DNA of 64,000 bases from Phallusia mammillata (taxonomy: Eukaryota): assembly GCA_965637545.1 (NCBI GenBank), contig OZ281498.1, forward strand, positions 7,440,001 through 7,504,000, read 5' to 3'. Every line of letters starts with the position of its first letter. The stretch's first letter is position 1. The notes under the pieces were generated by a model. The model saw only the letters and a program-made list of their open reading frames with translations. It searched no databases and was not told the origin of the DNA. Made by a program: the position numbers and the translations under genes. Positions 24,801-39,800 of the stretch are shown piece by piece.

Positions 24801-27800
24801 AAAGTGAACAAATGAGAATCTAATTAAACGCACGTTTGATCATCATGCTATTTATGTGTACAATACGTTTAGGACCTAAACCTAAACTTTAGGTTATCAA
24901 GATATTTATCTGCATACGTTTGTTGAGGCTATTTCAAACACAGTAGTTAAGATAAGGTTTGCTATTTACCGTAATTACACTCCTAATTGCGTTATTTATA
25001 AATTACAACTACGTAATTGTAAATTGCTGTTTCAAGTGTGAAGTGAATTGCAAGAGGGCCAAGTTTATTGCGCGATTCTTGTCTTTCAGTGGAAAACGTT
25101 TCCACATCCGAAACGCATTGCGATCTTTATTGATACGAAGAAGCGGTTTAGACACAACGCCAACGCGCCGGAAACAGTGCAAAAAGGTGCAAAGTGCAAT
25201 TTGGTTTCTTTGCAAAATCATTCCTTTATGCAAACCAAATCGGAGATATACGTCAACGATAAAAGTGATTGATCGGTTAAAATCTTGATTGTTCGCCACA
25301 AAAAAATTGGCAGCACCCTGAGGCGCGAGAAGTAATGACGTACACCGGGTTGCAAGGGCGCGTGTTGCGGCAAAGAGGGCAAGAAATGCGCGCCGGACTC
25401 TAGGGAAGATCCGGGGCGAAGATAAGCACCGACTTTTGACAAATGAGTTACACGAAAATATGCGGCCACATGAAACGCAAGGCCCGAGCCGTGGATTACC
25501 AAAAACCTTGCGCCCAGGAGGCTCTTTGGAGGAGCAGGGGGGAGAAGAAGTGGGAAGAGTGGGATGTTGAGAAGATGAGTATCGCTTTAAGGCGCCGAGA
25601 TAAGGAATTGACAGCCACATGGCGTGGTGTGCAGAGTAAAAGGTGGCGATTCTATCACCAAAGTTCCGGTCGGAAATGGATTTTTGACGACTCGATTTTG
25701 CGTTCGATATGCAGCCAAATATAGTCAAGACGCCACCCGTAGTTTACTTCATAGGCGTAGGGCTACAACTCGTATCAAAACATGTTATTCGCGACAGGGT
25801 GGCATGAGGTAAACAGGTATCAGAATACATGACCTTTAACGAAGGCGGAAGTCCTTCAGTAATGCGCACGAGTCATAGGGACAAAAATATCCCAAACTTA
25901 TCTCAACGCAACCTGATCTAGAAAACAGTAATGCATAGGAAATAGATTTGCCCTAAACGGATGCTTGTAATGCAAATAAATGCCCTTACCGGATCTGTGC
26001 ACAATACTAAAACCACGCAAGATCAGGGTTTGATAACAAATAATGCGGGGCATTAAGTAGAACAAATTTTAGATTCCTACCGACAAGCGTTTGAGGCCAA
26101 ACGACTATCGGGTGATGACCACAAAATGTTTCAAAAAATGTTTTCCCGCAAGTCGTTAAATATCATAGCAATTTGGTGAAATATTTTTAGCAATGTACAG
26201 ATAGAAGCCTTTTTTAGTCATTTTGTCTCCGCAAATAGTGACTTCACAATAAATACAGAGCCCTGGCGAAATATTTTGCAGCATTTTATTAAAAATAAAC
26301 AGTTACGCAATTAAATTGTCTTTTCATCTTTGTTGGATTTGGAAAATTAAAACAAAGATGCAAGGCGAGTTTATGGTATGGTGTGGACTCATTGACGCTT
26401 AATCTTACATGCAAAGTGAAAAATAATTAGAAGGTACTTTATATACCCCAGTTAGATTTTTCGCGATTAGCAAAACGAGCGGTTATTCGGTACTCCATCA
26501 TATAATATGACAGGCGCCCGCGGAATTCAATCACTTGTGCTCAGAATAACGACAACAAACTTTGCGGGTGCGAAACGGAAAATCGGAGAACCCGGGAACT
26601 TTTACGTTAAAAGCCAAAGCCTGAAAAGCATGTGACCTACCTTCACCTATTAACCTTACGAAGCAACGTTTTAGTTTCTTGTTTTCAATGCAAGCTTGTC
26701 GGGTTCTCCATGTAGGCGCCAAAGTTTAAGTCGTCCATCATTATTTGACCGGGAAATGGCAGGTATCAGTATACTTTAGCATAGAAGGTCGCGTGGCGTA
26801 GGACAAGCACGGTCACCAGATAATCGGATTTTGCTTCAAGCAATTTGTGCGACTCCCTGTTTGTTGCCCGGCTCGACCGGAGTTGTCAAGCGAGCAATTC
26901 ATCAAGCTTAGGAAACGGTGTTTTGAGAGCAAAGTAAGCTTTGCTATTAACTGGATAATGGTTATTGTGTCGACGCCGTAAAGGTCCTTTGACCGACATA
27001 CGTTTTTCAAGCAACAACTTTAAATGTATTTTTTGTGTTGAGACCTTTCCAGCATATCTTTGAAATCAACCCGTTTAAACAAAACAACACGGTGTATTCG
27101 AATGGGTACAAATTTAAAGCTGATGCTAAAAACTAAGTATGTGTTGCTTTATCGAGAAAAGTTTTTATTGTAAAACCAAGTGATCTTGATCTAAGACAAT
27201 GTAAGTATAGAAGTGGGGTTTCATTTTTGAATAAGTATTTCTTGCGAATATGTAAAGTAGTAGTTAATGAATGGAAAGGGTATTTTACAGAGTCATTCTT
27301 ACAACCAAATGTTTTTCATTTTAAATCCAAAATTGTCGAAATCAAACCGAATCATTCAACTGCTGCCTTAAAATATATACCGAAGTTTCAAACAAAGCAA
27401 ATGGTCAGTATTGTGTTAATGTCACAAAAAATTGGGGCTTGGCGTTAGCTCTTAGTTTTAAACGGGCGTTAAAAGGTGGAAATTAAACAAGCACGATGAC
27501 AAAAATATCGCCACAGCTGTGATGCAACTCTCAGTGGTAGAAATTTTCCGGGGAGTGCCAAAACGGATGTTGAAAAGTCGCACAAACTGCCAATTTTAAG
27601 CCATCCAATACCCATTAATCATACGTCTCGTGCTTATCAAAGAACATCTGTTGCTAGAGTGATGCGGATTCTATCTCCTACCATCGTTTACTGCCCAAAT
27701 ATGCATCCGTTTACCGACATAATCCTTTTTAATGCATCGATATTGATGTGTTTGGCGTTTACCGAGAGGCACGACCTCTAAAAATCGGTCAAAGACGCTG

Positions 27801-30800
27801 ATTGGTCGGTGAGTTGGCACGTGCCAAGGTGATCACGTGTGCTGTGTAAGCAAACAGATTAACTCCGAGCGTCAGGTGTCTAAGTTGGCCGGTAACGCCG
27901 CGCTTCTAATCATGTGTGTTTAATCGCGATTCGAAAACACTTTAGAAAAGTTACTGTAACTATATTCAAATCGGCGCTTCTAAATTGAAACCCTTCCCTT
28001 CTAATCAAACATGTTTTGCATAACGGGATTAGGGAACAGACAACCGTCGGTGCTTGTGGGCAAGTCTTGCTTCACGTCAATCATCGGCGGCTAAGCAACG
28101 TAGGTAAAACCAAATCTATAAGTGGCGATTTTCGGGACTTAAATTATGTGGTTTTTGTAACTCGATACAAGAGGCGGGAAAGACAACCTCTGCGGTGAAG
28201 TTATTTTCGTATCATTTCGCCAATTCAGCGATATCCCGAGGCCAACAGTCGAGCGCAATATTCACTTTTCCGCCAGGGAGGTCTCAAGTTAATCTCCTTA
28301 AGCCAGCTTTATAAGGCGTTTTACATCAGCAAATTTTTTTCACGCAGAACATCGTAGTTCGAAACTTGCGGTAAGTAACGAGTTGTATTGAAATCGTTCA
28401 AAATAGAAACCAAAGTCTGAAAATACCCGAATTGCATGATGTATACACAAACGGTTCATATGACATTATCCACCTTTTCAAAACATTAAGATATCAACCC
28501 CTTTAACAATTCGAAAAAACACCACAACAAAAACAAGATTGTCTTCGTAAGATTGTTTCAAAAATAGCTTTACTGTGCATTGGTTGCCAACATCAGTGTA
28601 AACTGTTGTTTTTACCCCAGAATTCTAAACAAGTTTTTCATGTGTTTTCATACACAAACCCCTCAATTGAGGACCACTGTAAGCAACCTAAGATTTGCAC
28701 GATGTGGCTTTGTACCAGTTACGGTACAGTATTGTATTTCTTGTGTGCTGGGAATAGCGGAAACTATTGAAAGGGTTGCATGAAATATTGACGTTTAGAA
28801 ATGTGCAAATTTGCTTAAAGCTGGTCACCAAGCTTGAAATAGCAAAAAAAAGGACTTTTACAAGCTTGCTACATTGAATAAGTCCATCGAGTACCAGTCG
28901 CAGAGAAACATTGGTTCTGAAGAGTTATAGAACTCTATATGAATTAGTCAAAGGTTTTCTTTTAGATTAATGTAAGGTTGTTTGGCTTGCTTGTGAACTT
29001 CAAAAACCACTGGCCAAGAAAGGTAAAAAATTGCACACGTTTTGAGTCACGAAAACCCACTTAAGGTTTTTAACGTGGCACAATTGAGATCCGCACTTTG
29101 AACGACCTGACTCGGCACGCTCTAATCCGGATTCAAATGTTACAAATTCAGCCACACGCTAATTTTACCAACGCCGCTGTTGTTTGTACGCAAACGGCAC
29201 GGGCGCTTTCAAATCATAATCACCAAATTAGTTCCACAAGAGCGAAAAGGTCATTTCAGAGGGCAACGCATGTACAGAACGCCTCGAAATCCGATTTTGG
29301 AGCTATGTAACACCCGGAGTATGCCTAAAATCGGCTTGAAAAGGCCGCCATCAAAGCATAACTGACCACTGCTGCTGATGGACCAATTTCCATGCTACGA
29401 AATAATCCAGACGGTATGATGCAAAAGGCGTATTTGATTACACTAAACAGACAGATAATGTGAACGTGCATTTGCAGCCAGTCTGGTTTGAAAACTACAC
29501 CGGATATACACAAGCAAACGTTTTGGCGTTAATCGCGTATCGCAGTTTGTGCGTAGTGGTAACGCGATATTAAGCAAAAATAAACTTTTGTTAAATAATA
29601 TCTGTTGAGGGGTTCATTTTCGCGACACCGGTTAATTGAACACGTATCTTGTGCAAATATTTTTTCTGTATGGAGAGGCTGATTTTCGAGTGAGATATAT
29701 TAAAACAACAAACTATGTATCGATGCGTCCGTTCACGTGGCGTAAAATTATGCTTTTCAACACTGTACGTCATGACTTTTTTGGCACTGTTGAGAAATAG
29801 CATCCTTGTCATATTAAATAATAAAGGCAAAAACGCTCCAACTATTCTAGATTAGTTGAATCGAATCCAGGTATTTTAAAGCAAACAATTCAAGACCATT
29901 AATTATAAATTTTGATACGTTTAAAAACTAAACGGAATCAAAATGTAGCTATAAAATCCATTATTACATAAGGATAGGATCTTTAAATGGGTGTCGTACG
30001 CCCTAAAATCAGTAGATCTTATTTTATCTATGGACACTGCAAACAAACCAACGCCATATCTGAACAAGTCATTATACGATGAGTAAACTGAAAAAGTGCG
30101 AACCAACGATACTATCAGAGACTTTACTAAGATAACATGTTGTAACACTTGGTGACAATTCAGAAAGGTTTTTATGTCTCGAATTTCAGACAGTGTGAAC
30201 GTGGAACTGAATTAGTCTTATTCGGGAGCTACGTCTAGACATTCTTATCTCGCGTCCCAGTTGATTGGAACGCGATTGGCAACGAGAGAGAAAGAAGTAT
30301 AAAAGAAAAAAACAACTCTAAGCCACTGAAAGATTGATAAAATCTGCCAAAACGTAGCAGATCGACCACAAAAGGAGAATTTACATTGCGTAGGAAGTCA
30401 AATCAGTGTCAAAAACATGTTTGTTGGCTTTCGGAGGCAAAACATCCTGGTTCGTTAGAAAACTGGCAACTTGTGAATCCGGAAAAACCATATTAGGTCA
30501 TAAAAACAATCAATCTCATTTGAATGGCCAACAAAGTTTTGTGTCTCTAGAAGTCAAAACGTTTTTTTTTTGGGTCCCGTATTTAGTGATTTATGATGAA
30601 AGATTTGAGACAGTTCGATTACAGGCCAATCCTTTCGCAAATCAAAAATCTTTTCGATATTCAACGCAAAACTGGCATCTACAAGAACAATTTACGTCTA
30701 GGATAACTTTGACAGAGCAACAATTACACTACATTCTTTTGTTGGGTTCGAACCCATTACCCTACGAATCCCATCGTAGGTAAGTCAAACGTCTTAAACC

Positions 30801-33800
30801 ATTCGGCCAAGTTCATGCACATAGTTATGTCGTCCTATAGGACGTTTGGCAATAAAAGTAAAGTAACAGTCAAATACCGAAACACACTCAGAGATATTCC
30901 TATGTTTATATCACTGGCATAATCAATCATATTTTCAACCCGAGTAAAATACACCAACACCACAGCAACATTGAAACAGACACCTACCATTCATCGCTTC
31001 TTGCATCTCTCTTCTCAACCACGTATCCTAAAATATCCGTATTCCCGTTATCGCTTGGTTCCTCCCATTTTAGCGAGGCGGAATTTCCGACCACTTCGCC
31101 CAGTTTCACTTGTCGCGGTTTCGACGGGATATCTGGTTAGGGCACAAAAGCACGTATAAGTGTGAAAACGCGGTTTGCGGACTTGTAAGGGAATATGCAA
31201 GGCTAAATTTCAAAGTCACGGTTGATATAAACCCCATACTGGATGACTGTACTGCGTTTTGCGTTGAAAATTTTAGGTTTAGTGGTCGTTTTAGGAGATA
31301 TGAGAAACATACCTATTTGCGCTATTGTTACACACAGTGTTTTTTTTAAGGTGTCAAATTTCTCCAGCGGTTTCCCAAAATTTGAATTTGGCTATTTTTT
31401 GGTATTTAAATGAAACACTTGCGGTCTCTTAAAACTACTTAGCGGTCACCCAAACCAAACCTTAAAAAAAACCTGGTTACACACATAAAAAGAGCAATGA
31501 GATTCGAAATTATATGTTTTAAATGCTAAAGCAACATTTTGCAAGCTGAGCTGTTTTGAACTAGTTAATTTGGATGCTAGCTGTAATGAAGACATGTTAG
31601 AGCTAGATTGTGATGTAAAAACGTGGCTACGGAAATCCCATAAATTACTCACACCAAAATGAGTTATATTGCCTACACCAGTGTCAATAAAAAGTGATAC
31701 TGGGGCCACCCTTGACTAATGGGTGACGTCAAATTATATTTCATTTGAGTTTGCATTGAAACTTATAGTAAAACCAGTTATATATTGCCACTCACAAGAA
31801 CCTATAAATCATATAGTGTGTGATATTTGCTTAAATTATTTTCACATATCGTATTTTGTGTGATAAAAATAGAGCCGGTGATGTTGTAATGAAACATACA
31901 CGGGTAAACAAACACGTTACAGGTGATGTGAGGTGACCTGTGCCGGAAAACGCGGTTTTGGGGTGGCATTGAACCTTTTGAGAAATGGTTCTCGTTTTAG
32001 AGGAATGCAAAGTTGGGGCATAATTAGCAAAACGAAGGTGTTTGTCGCTGAAAGTAAATAGGAATGTGCAAATAGCAAAGTTATGGGTGACATGAGGCCA
32101 CCGGCAATGTGTGGTAGTTCAGCTGCTATTAGGGTTCTGGGTAGTTTTTGGTGGGTTATGAGAAATGCCTTGTGGAGTTTGTGTTAACTAGGTCAAGTAA
32201 GAAGGGTATCGTTGGGCTACAGAATGCCATAGAGCGCTTGGTCGTAAATTAAATGTCCTGATAACTTACGTTACATTTTTTGTGTAGAAGAGAGGATGCA
32301 ATATTGTGTTTATCACATTGCCCACCGAAAACACAGACTGATTCAAGTTTACTAAAAGCTTAGTTTTGTATGGTTATGATTTAGAATCTTTCTGTATTAG
32401 GCAAACGCGGTTAGAGCCGATTTCCATACGACCACAGTCTTACCTTGAGTAATGTACTACACATAATCAAATTTATATACCACTCACGTCACACTCACTA
32501 AATATTAAGACTGAAGGGGCACATGATGTCAAAATATAATGTAAGTGGCATTTTGGAAACACTTTGTGACTTTCTTGTATTTTATTAAGATATATATGTG
32601 TATTTTATTAAACTCAGAGGAGGTGTTTCAGATGTCGCATCGTCGCGATACACATAAAGCGATCAGAGTTGTTAGTCTTCAAGCTCCACTTTTATTAAAT
32701 GGACCTGATTCTGGCCTGTCTTCACACTATAAGTCACATTTGTGTCGCAATTTGGCCTTTATAAATGGCACTTTCGGACTTAATACGACTTTGTTTTAAC
32801 AAAAATTCGGTTTCGGGTAGAGTACTTTGGGGTTTGGGTCGGGTTTCAGGCGCATATATAGTTCTATAAGCCTTATCTTACAAAACCACATCGCGCAAGT
32901 AGAACAGGGCAACAAATCTAAAGGATTTACTGCCAAGGAATCGAAATTGTCGAATATTAACTTTGCGATGACGTAAGTTTTACGTAATCTGTTTTTGTCG
33001 ACCAAAATGTCACACTACGCAAATATACGAAGTCGTTCCCTCTAACAAAGTTACTGTTTACCACTTGGACTATGATGTAATATATTTTGAAAGGCAATGT
33101 TTTGATTCAACAACTGGATACGTGTGCGATATTGACCAACCGAAAAACACTGCAATTAGCGTGACGCAAAAACATCGACCGCGGACACCAAATAGGGGTT
33201 GTCGGCAAAAAAATACAAGAGAAATCCCGAATCACGTACGGCGTGGTCGCTTTGTATAAACGCGTGTTCCGGTAAGTCATGAAGATTGGCCGCTTTTCGG
33301 GATACGATACCATTTAAAATGCATTAGGCAGGCAAGACCTAAACAAAGCGTGACAGTTTAACGCGGCTACGAAGCGTCACTGCGGATCGAATCAGGCCTC
33401 TGATCAGAGATACGGCGCCCCACAAAACGGTCGATAAAGAGGTGATTTGGTCGCGAGAAATTCAGGCAAACACACCGGGAACGTGAAAAGTGCACAATCG
33501 GCGCGGATCTAAGTGTGACGCATTCGCGACTTTTTGGTGACTTGCGACGCGGTGTTGTTGTCGCACACAAAGATTGAAAGCGCGCCGCGCGGGGTGAAAT
33601 TAAAAGTTAGCGAAACCGCTTGAGTCAGATGTTCCCCGCTTGAGTAAGGTGTGGTGCCCGGTGGTTATGCTTGAACGCACACGCTTGCGTCACTACTGAG
33701 GGCTGTTTGGACTAAAAGGCGCAAGGATTCCATTTTTTGGAAACAATTTTGCAATAGAATTTGCGGCTTTGAATAATCTATATGGCGCCAGCGTTCGGTG

Positions 33801-36800
33801 ATGCGGAAAATTACGTCCCACCCAGAGGATTATTACGGGGTTTTGATGTTTGGGTTCAAACATAAACAAGAGTGGATTTGGCGCAAAAACCGCATCGGAA
33901 GGAAATGATACGGTTTCTTGAGTCAGGTACTGAAGTTCAAAGTTACCCATTCCCGATTTGGGATCGATCCTGCTGGACTTATTACCATTGGCATAAAAAG
34001 TTAATTGAAGTTCAAAATGTGGGCCAGCTTAGTTTAATTTTTGTTCATTTTTATTTTATATTTTGGATTTTGCGAAACTAATTCTTAAGGACTTATAACT
34101 TGTTTTGTAATGCAACATATCTTCAAGACAAAACATTAAAATGTATTCCCGTATAAAAAAGCAATTTTGCACTAACTGAAAACCCCTGAATTTAAAAATT
34201 AGTATAAAAGCAGTACTTTAAACAATAATATAAAAATGTCCGACCAAATTTTCCGCTCAGCACTAACTTACCGATGACAGCCACTTCAATCTTGGAGGTC
34301 ACAATATCATCGCCGACCTTGAGTTGAAGGTCATAGACACCGGAGTCCCAACGTTCAGCTTTGCGGATGAAGAGGACGCTGGAATCAAGGGAGTTTCTTA
34401 CTGCAACGTGCTCCTCCAAAGCTTTGCCTTCCTTCGTCCATGATAACTGAGGCTTGGGGCGACCCTAGAGAAGAGAAGATAGATATGGATACCATTGGAT
34501 GTGCAAAGTATGGCCTACCAACAGGATTCTGGAATAATGTTACTATTCAACAAATGTTCTAGTTGATAACGGGAGACAGATCAAGTCGCGTGGGTTAGAT
34601 GTACTAAGCATAGAAATACAACATGACTCTTATTACTCAACAAAATATTTGAAATAACTGGTAATAACTGTCACTATTCAACAAAGATTTTGGTAATAGA
34701 TGAAATTAATTGAGTGGTTATTCCGAATCAAAGTCGCGTGGGCTATCTATATCGTCCGACGTTTTGCGCCAATCTATATTTTTTCAACAAGTGTTTTGAA
34801 ATCTGGTGTGTTTTGTTTGGAAGTTTATTACCAAGTTTTGTGGTTAAACTGCTAATAAGTCTTAATCTTGGTGCATTTTATAAACACAGCAGTTTTCGTA
34901 CACTCCCTTGCCTCCAATTTGTAAAACCAACTAACTATGCCCAATATTGAAGAATCAGGTGCAGACTAAACAACTAAGAGAGATCAAACAAGGTTTTTGA
35001 GGATAATTCGAGCAAAAGTTTCCCGAATATCAATTGTTTATACAGAGACGGTGTTGCGAAAAGCTGGAGCTTCGTTTTAAAATAACAACAGCCCAAAGCT
35101 TACGTTTTGCTCGAGCGCGTCTGAAAGAAAGGCAATTACTCTTCTTGAGAAATTAACTTAGCACCCTTTTTTCGGCTAAAATAAATGTTTCCCTATGTTG
35201 GAAAGGTTAGAGGACTTTGGAGCCGTAACTTCAAACGGTGTGATCACTAGGCTGTAAACCAATAATTTCGTCAGCCATGGTTGTTTAATTCATGTCCAAT
35301 TTTCTTCAAATAACCCAGCAAGCGTTAACGAGCTACAATTAACATAACTTGAATTGCCGTTATGTCCCTTTTAATAAACATTCCTACACCAAAGTTGGCT
35401 CTCGGTAAAACCTTGTGTTATCACCGCCAAGTACAGGAGCTCTGCTGATAAGATTATAACAGATGCCTATGCTCGGTTGGTTAATTAAAATTGCGGTTTG
35501 TTGCTCTAAATTGCGACTACTGATGATGCTAAGTTTGGTGTTGCTGGCTTAAGGATCGACGTAAGGTCAAGTCTGAGGTGAAGTTTATACTTTTTCGTCG
35601 TGGTTGGCACAGTTGTATTAAGCGGAATTAACATTTTTATGTGTGCCGGTTCGGTGGCAGAATGTTATAAATCGCTTGGCTTGCTTGAGTTTTGTTTAAT
35701 CCAAAGGCGACCGTAGGTTTAAACAGCAAGATGCTGAAACTTCAAATCTAGTCCTTTTTAACACATATTTTCTTATCAAAAGTTTGATAGAAAAATATCA
35801 CATTTTGGGGGCGAAATAACACAGGGTGCACTCGGTAAATGATGTACGTCCAACAAGAGTATTTTTGTGGTTAATTCTAAAATCTTATCAGGAATACTTT
35901 GTTTTTGTTGCAACAGATGTTTTCACAAATTTCAGATTAATTTTGTGGGTAAACAACTGCAAAAAGGAATATGGCTAAGAAATGTAGCAGCTTTCGTCGC
36001 ACCCATATTGATATCATTCGCCAATCAAGACAAAAAAGCAAACCAACAAACCTGATATGGGACATTGACGTGCAATTTGGCGCCGACCTTCACTTTAACC
36101 GGTTTCAGAAGATGACGTGGCAACACAATCTTGGCCTCCTCTGTGAAAAAAACACCCACAGATGTAAATGATTATCACGTACTACCACACCATGATGACG
36201 CATCACCGTGACGTCATGCGTCGAGGCGGCACGCGACATTCGACAACGTCACGCGACATGTCAGACGGCTTGAGGAGTTTTTAAGGCAATTAAGCAGAAT
36301 TTAAGGCGATTTTCTAGTAAATTTGTGTGTGGTGGAAAAGCTTACGTTCACTGCACAGCTGTGTATGTTATAACCACAAACAGATAACCAAGTTCAATTA
36401 AAGATAAGTATGTTGCCTGTTGTAGCTTATATAGGAGGCAATCTTTTGCTGAACCTGTTGAGTATCGTGTGTATTATAAAGCAATAGGTCTCCCTATCTT
36501 TTTTGTTGCTATGAAGTACGGTTTAATAACATTATATTTACATGTGACATTTCAATCATGACTAAATCATTCACTTTTGTTCAGAAACTCCGCCTGGCCA
36601 AAACTGTTGATTGAAAGTTAAAAAAAGTGTTCAGTACAGACAGAAAACCGCTAACATCAAAAGTAGTGGTAAAATACAAAAGCGAAAATCAGGTTTATCT
36701 CCATGTACACCAACCCGACTAGCAGCCAAAAACCAACAAACATACGCCAGGCAAATGCCCGTTCAGCCCCGCAAACGGAATTAACTTATCTTGAGCAAGT

Positions 36801-39800
36801 GGCCGATAAGGGCAAGGCGTCAAAATCTAACAGCGATAGAATCTGAATCGCCCAACGAAGTCCACGATTTTACGAACCACTGGCGCCGTTGCTCTGTCTG
36901 CAAAAACAACTTGGGCCCGGATTAGGGTCCAAGAATAGGGGCGGTCACGGTGCTATGACGTCATCGGACTGCCAAAAGCCCATTTGCGCACAGTAATTAT
37001 GCTTATTTGCACCAGTGAAAAAGTGGTTATGCATGTAGTGAGTGGATAGCCAAATTGTGCAGCTCTATAAATTTTGATGGCCTAAACTTTAAAAGTGTAA
37101 ACAACATACTTAATGTCGTAAGAACGTGTTATGCCGGAAAAACGGTTGTTTACAGGGTTTTATACCAATCTTTTTCGTTTTTCATGTTATACTAGTAATT
37201 TAACTTAATTTAGAAGCAAAAACTAATGTCCAAAAAGTTTTATACCAAGTTTATTTAAGCATTAGTTACAAAAATAGTACTCGCCAATCTATGACATCAA
37301 AGTCTCACATTTATTTCCAGGATCAAAGTTTTGTGATATTATCACAGTGCAGAGAAAACAAATATTGGTAATAGTGTGCCATAACTTAAAAGTTTTGAAA
37401 ACAAGACCATTATCGTATTTACCTTGAACAGGGTAAAGGTGAACGAAGACATGTGCATATTCTAATCAACTTAGAATTTTAATACACACATTTTACCACA
37501 AATAACATAAGCTGCAATTATGTCTTAAGTCATGTGGATTTTACGTGGACATTAGGCCCAGGACTTACGATTACCAACATTTTACATGTAAAATACTGGC
37601 AATAAAACGCAATTTTCGCCTTAGTACGGAATAACAGGCTAACTAGCAAACGTGTGAAACCCACGAAAAACGAACGACCATATTTCGTCTTGTATATCGA
37701 AGTCCAAGTAGCTTGTAACCACCAATTTCCGTCGCTCGCCTTAGCCTTGACGTCATACCGATGCTTTACATGGCAAAATCGGTATAACGCTCGCGAGAAC
37801 AAAGGCCAGTGGCGCGCAGAGTGATGGTTAAGTTGTGAAATGTGGTAATTATCATGATTCGTATGTATGCAATTTGTCGTGTGGTGTAAGTATAGAGAAA
37901 ATGCGGTATCACCAAAGACAACGGGAATGAAAATCCAACTTTTTTTCTCGTGTTAAAAGTTTTAGCTACGCAACTAGGAAATAAGCAACGCCACATAAGA
38001 TGAAAAATAATGAATGAAGCTTAATCTCTTGTCCCAAGAAGGCGATATTTTCTTGTTAAATTTGCTTTAGTGTTTTGAGCGTCCTTGTAGTTTGAAATCA
38101 CAAATCACTTAATTACTGTAAAAGTCTTCAGTTCAAACAGATTATTAAAACGTTGCGATGTACTGGTTGAAGAGGGTTGGTTGTTATAGAAATTTGCACT
38201 ATATACAAACTCTCTGGCAATTCGCAATTAGTGAGGTCCAAAAAGTGACAAGCAATATAATTCCTACAGAGTTCTTCAAAGGGACACGTCACTTTGCAGT
38301 ACGGCCTTGGGCTCAAACATTTCACTAAAGCCGTTGGACTTTCGAATGAGACGAGAACGGAACGGCGGTCGCTATGTCGGTAATTCGATGAGTATTATTC
38401 AACAGTATCCTTTAGCAGTTTCCTGTTTTTCGCACCAATTAGGCAAGATAAACGATATACGCCCATTAAACGTCGAAAAGTTACATCACAAAATCGCGTC
38501 GCAATGTGATGAGTCAAAAAAGCGATGCAAAAACATCGTGTCCGAAAAAAATCCGAGGAGCGCTTCCTAAACTCACGACCGGTGATCCGCTAACGACAAT
38601 TTGATCCGCGTAAAGATTACCCGCAAAAAAACTAAACGTCAAAAAACTTTACCGGAAGGTCAGTATCTCTTAATCCATATCCTGTTATTGCGGCGTTTCG
38701 ACATATGACAGACAACATGGAAAGTAGAAGAACCGGGTTTTAGGCCTTTCATGTGGCAGACCTCGGAAACCATGACAAATTGTTTGGCGTTAGATCAGAG
38801 ATTAAATCGTCGTCACGCATGGTTAACTATCACGTGTCACGGAGAGCGCTTTGCCCCGAGCGACGTATGATGCTGCTGGTGGTGTGTGTGACGTTTCAAT
38901 GGGTCTTTGTGACGTTAAACAGACCTCACGAGATAAAATATAGAATCTTTTTTACGAGAAAAAGGAAAAAATTACCATTGTGACAAAAGAATAAAAAAAA
39001 AATTAACTTTTGTGTCAACCACATGAATGTTTTTTTAACTGGTAGTATATTCTATTGCAAACATCAAAAGAATTACGTATTGAAATAAAACATTTAATTA
39101 AAATTGAATTAATAAAAACATTTTTAAGCTCATTGACCAAAAAGTGTTTAAACTGTAATTTCACCGCCAAAAGTTTTTTTATTTGTTGCCTGAAGTATAA
39201 AATTCAATTTAAGAATTCTCATTGGTAAGTTACTTGCGCTCCTTACGAACAAAATAGGATTTACAATACACACACTGCGCCCACATGCGGCCACACAAAT
39301 TCCTAACCTCATACGGAACTTATCTATTTCACCAAATCGAAAAAAACAACCGACGCATTGTGTAGTTCCGTGCGTAAGCGAACATAATCGACGCAGAACC
39401 ACAAATCCGCTGATTTTGTCATTAACGCCTGAACGATGCAAGCTCTTAACGTCACAGGTTTAAAGTATCACGAAGATATTACGATGTTTACCGCAGTTAA
39501 TTCCCTTTTACGTGTTTCGCACACGGCCTGTTCAACGGCCTGCGTCGTATGCGTCAATTTTTTAAGGCGTTTAAGCCATTAGCGCGGTGCTCTGCGATCT
39601 TGTGGACCGATTGCTGAAGATCGTTTACAAGACGCTGTCAGCCTGTGTGACGTCACAATCACGTATGATCTCGATAGCCGCGCATCAAACGCGACAAGTT
39701 TCGAGCTCGATCGTCGATAAGTTAATCGTATCAAACAATAACAAACATGATCGCCGGAAAACCTTGAGCATTGCACACGGGATGTTTGGGTGATGAGCAA

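Noticed and set aside
25009-25728. 239-aa ORF on minus (and 93-aa ORF 25443-25724 on plus with faint HTH-like wording)
   Set aside because: No recognisable domain, no fitting splice sites, no TIR/TSD pair; explained by a GC-rich patch.
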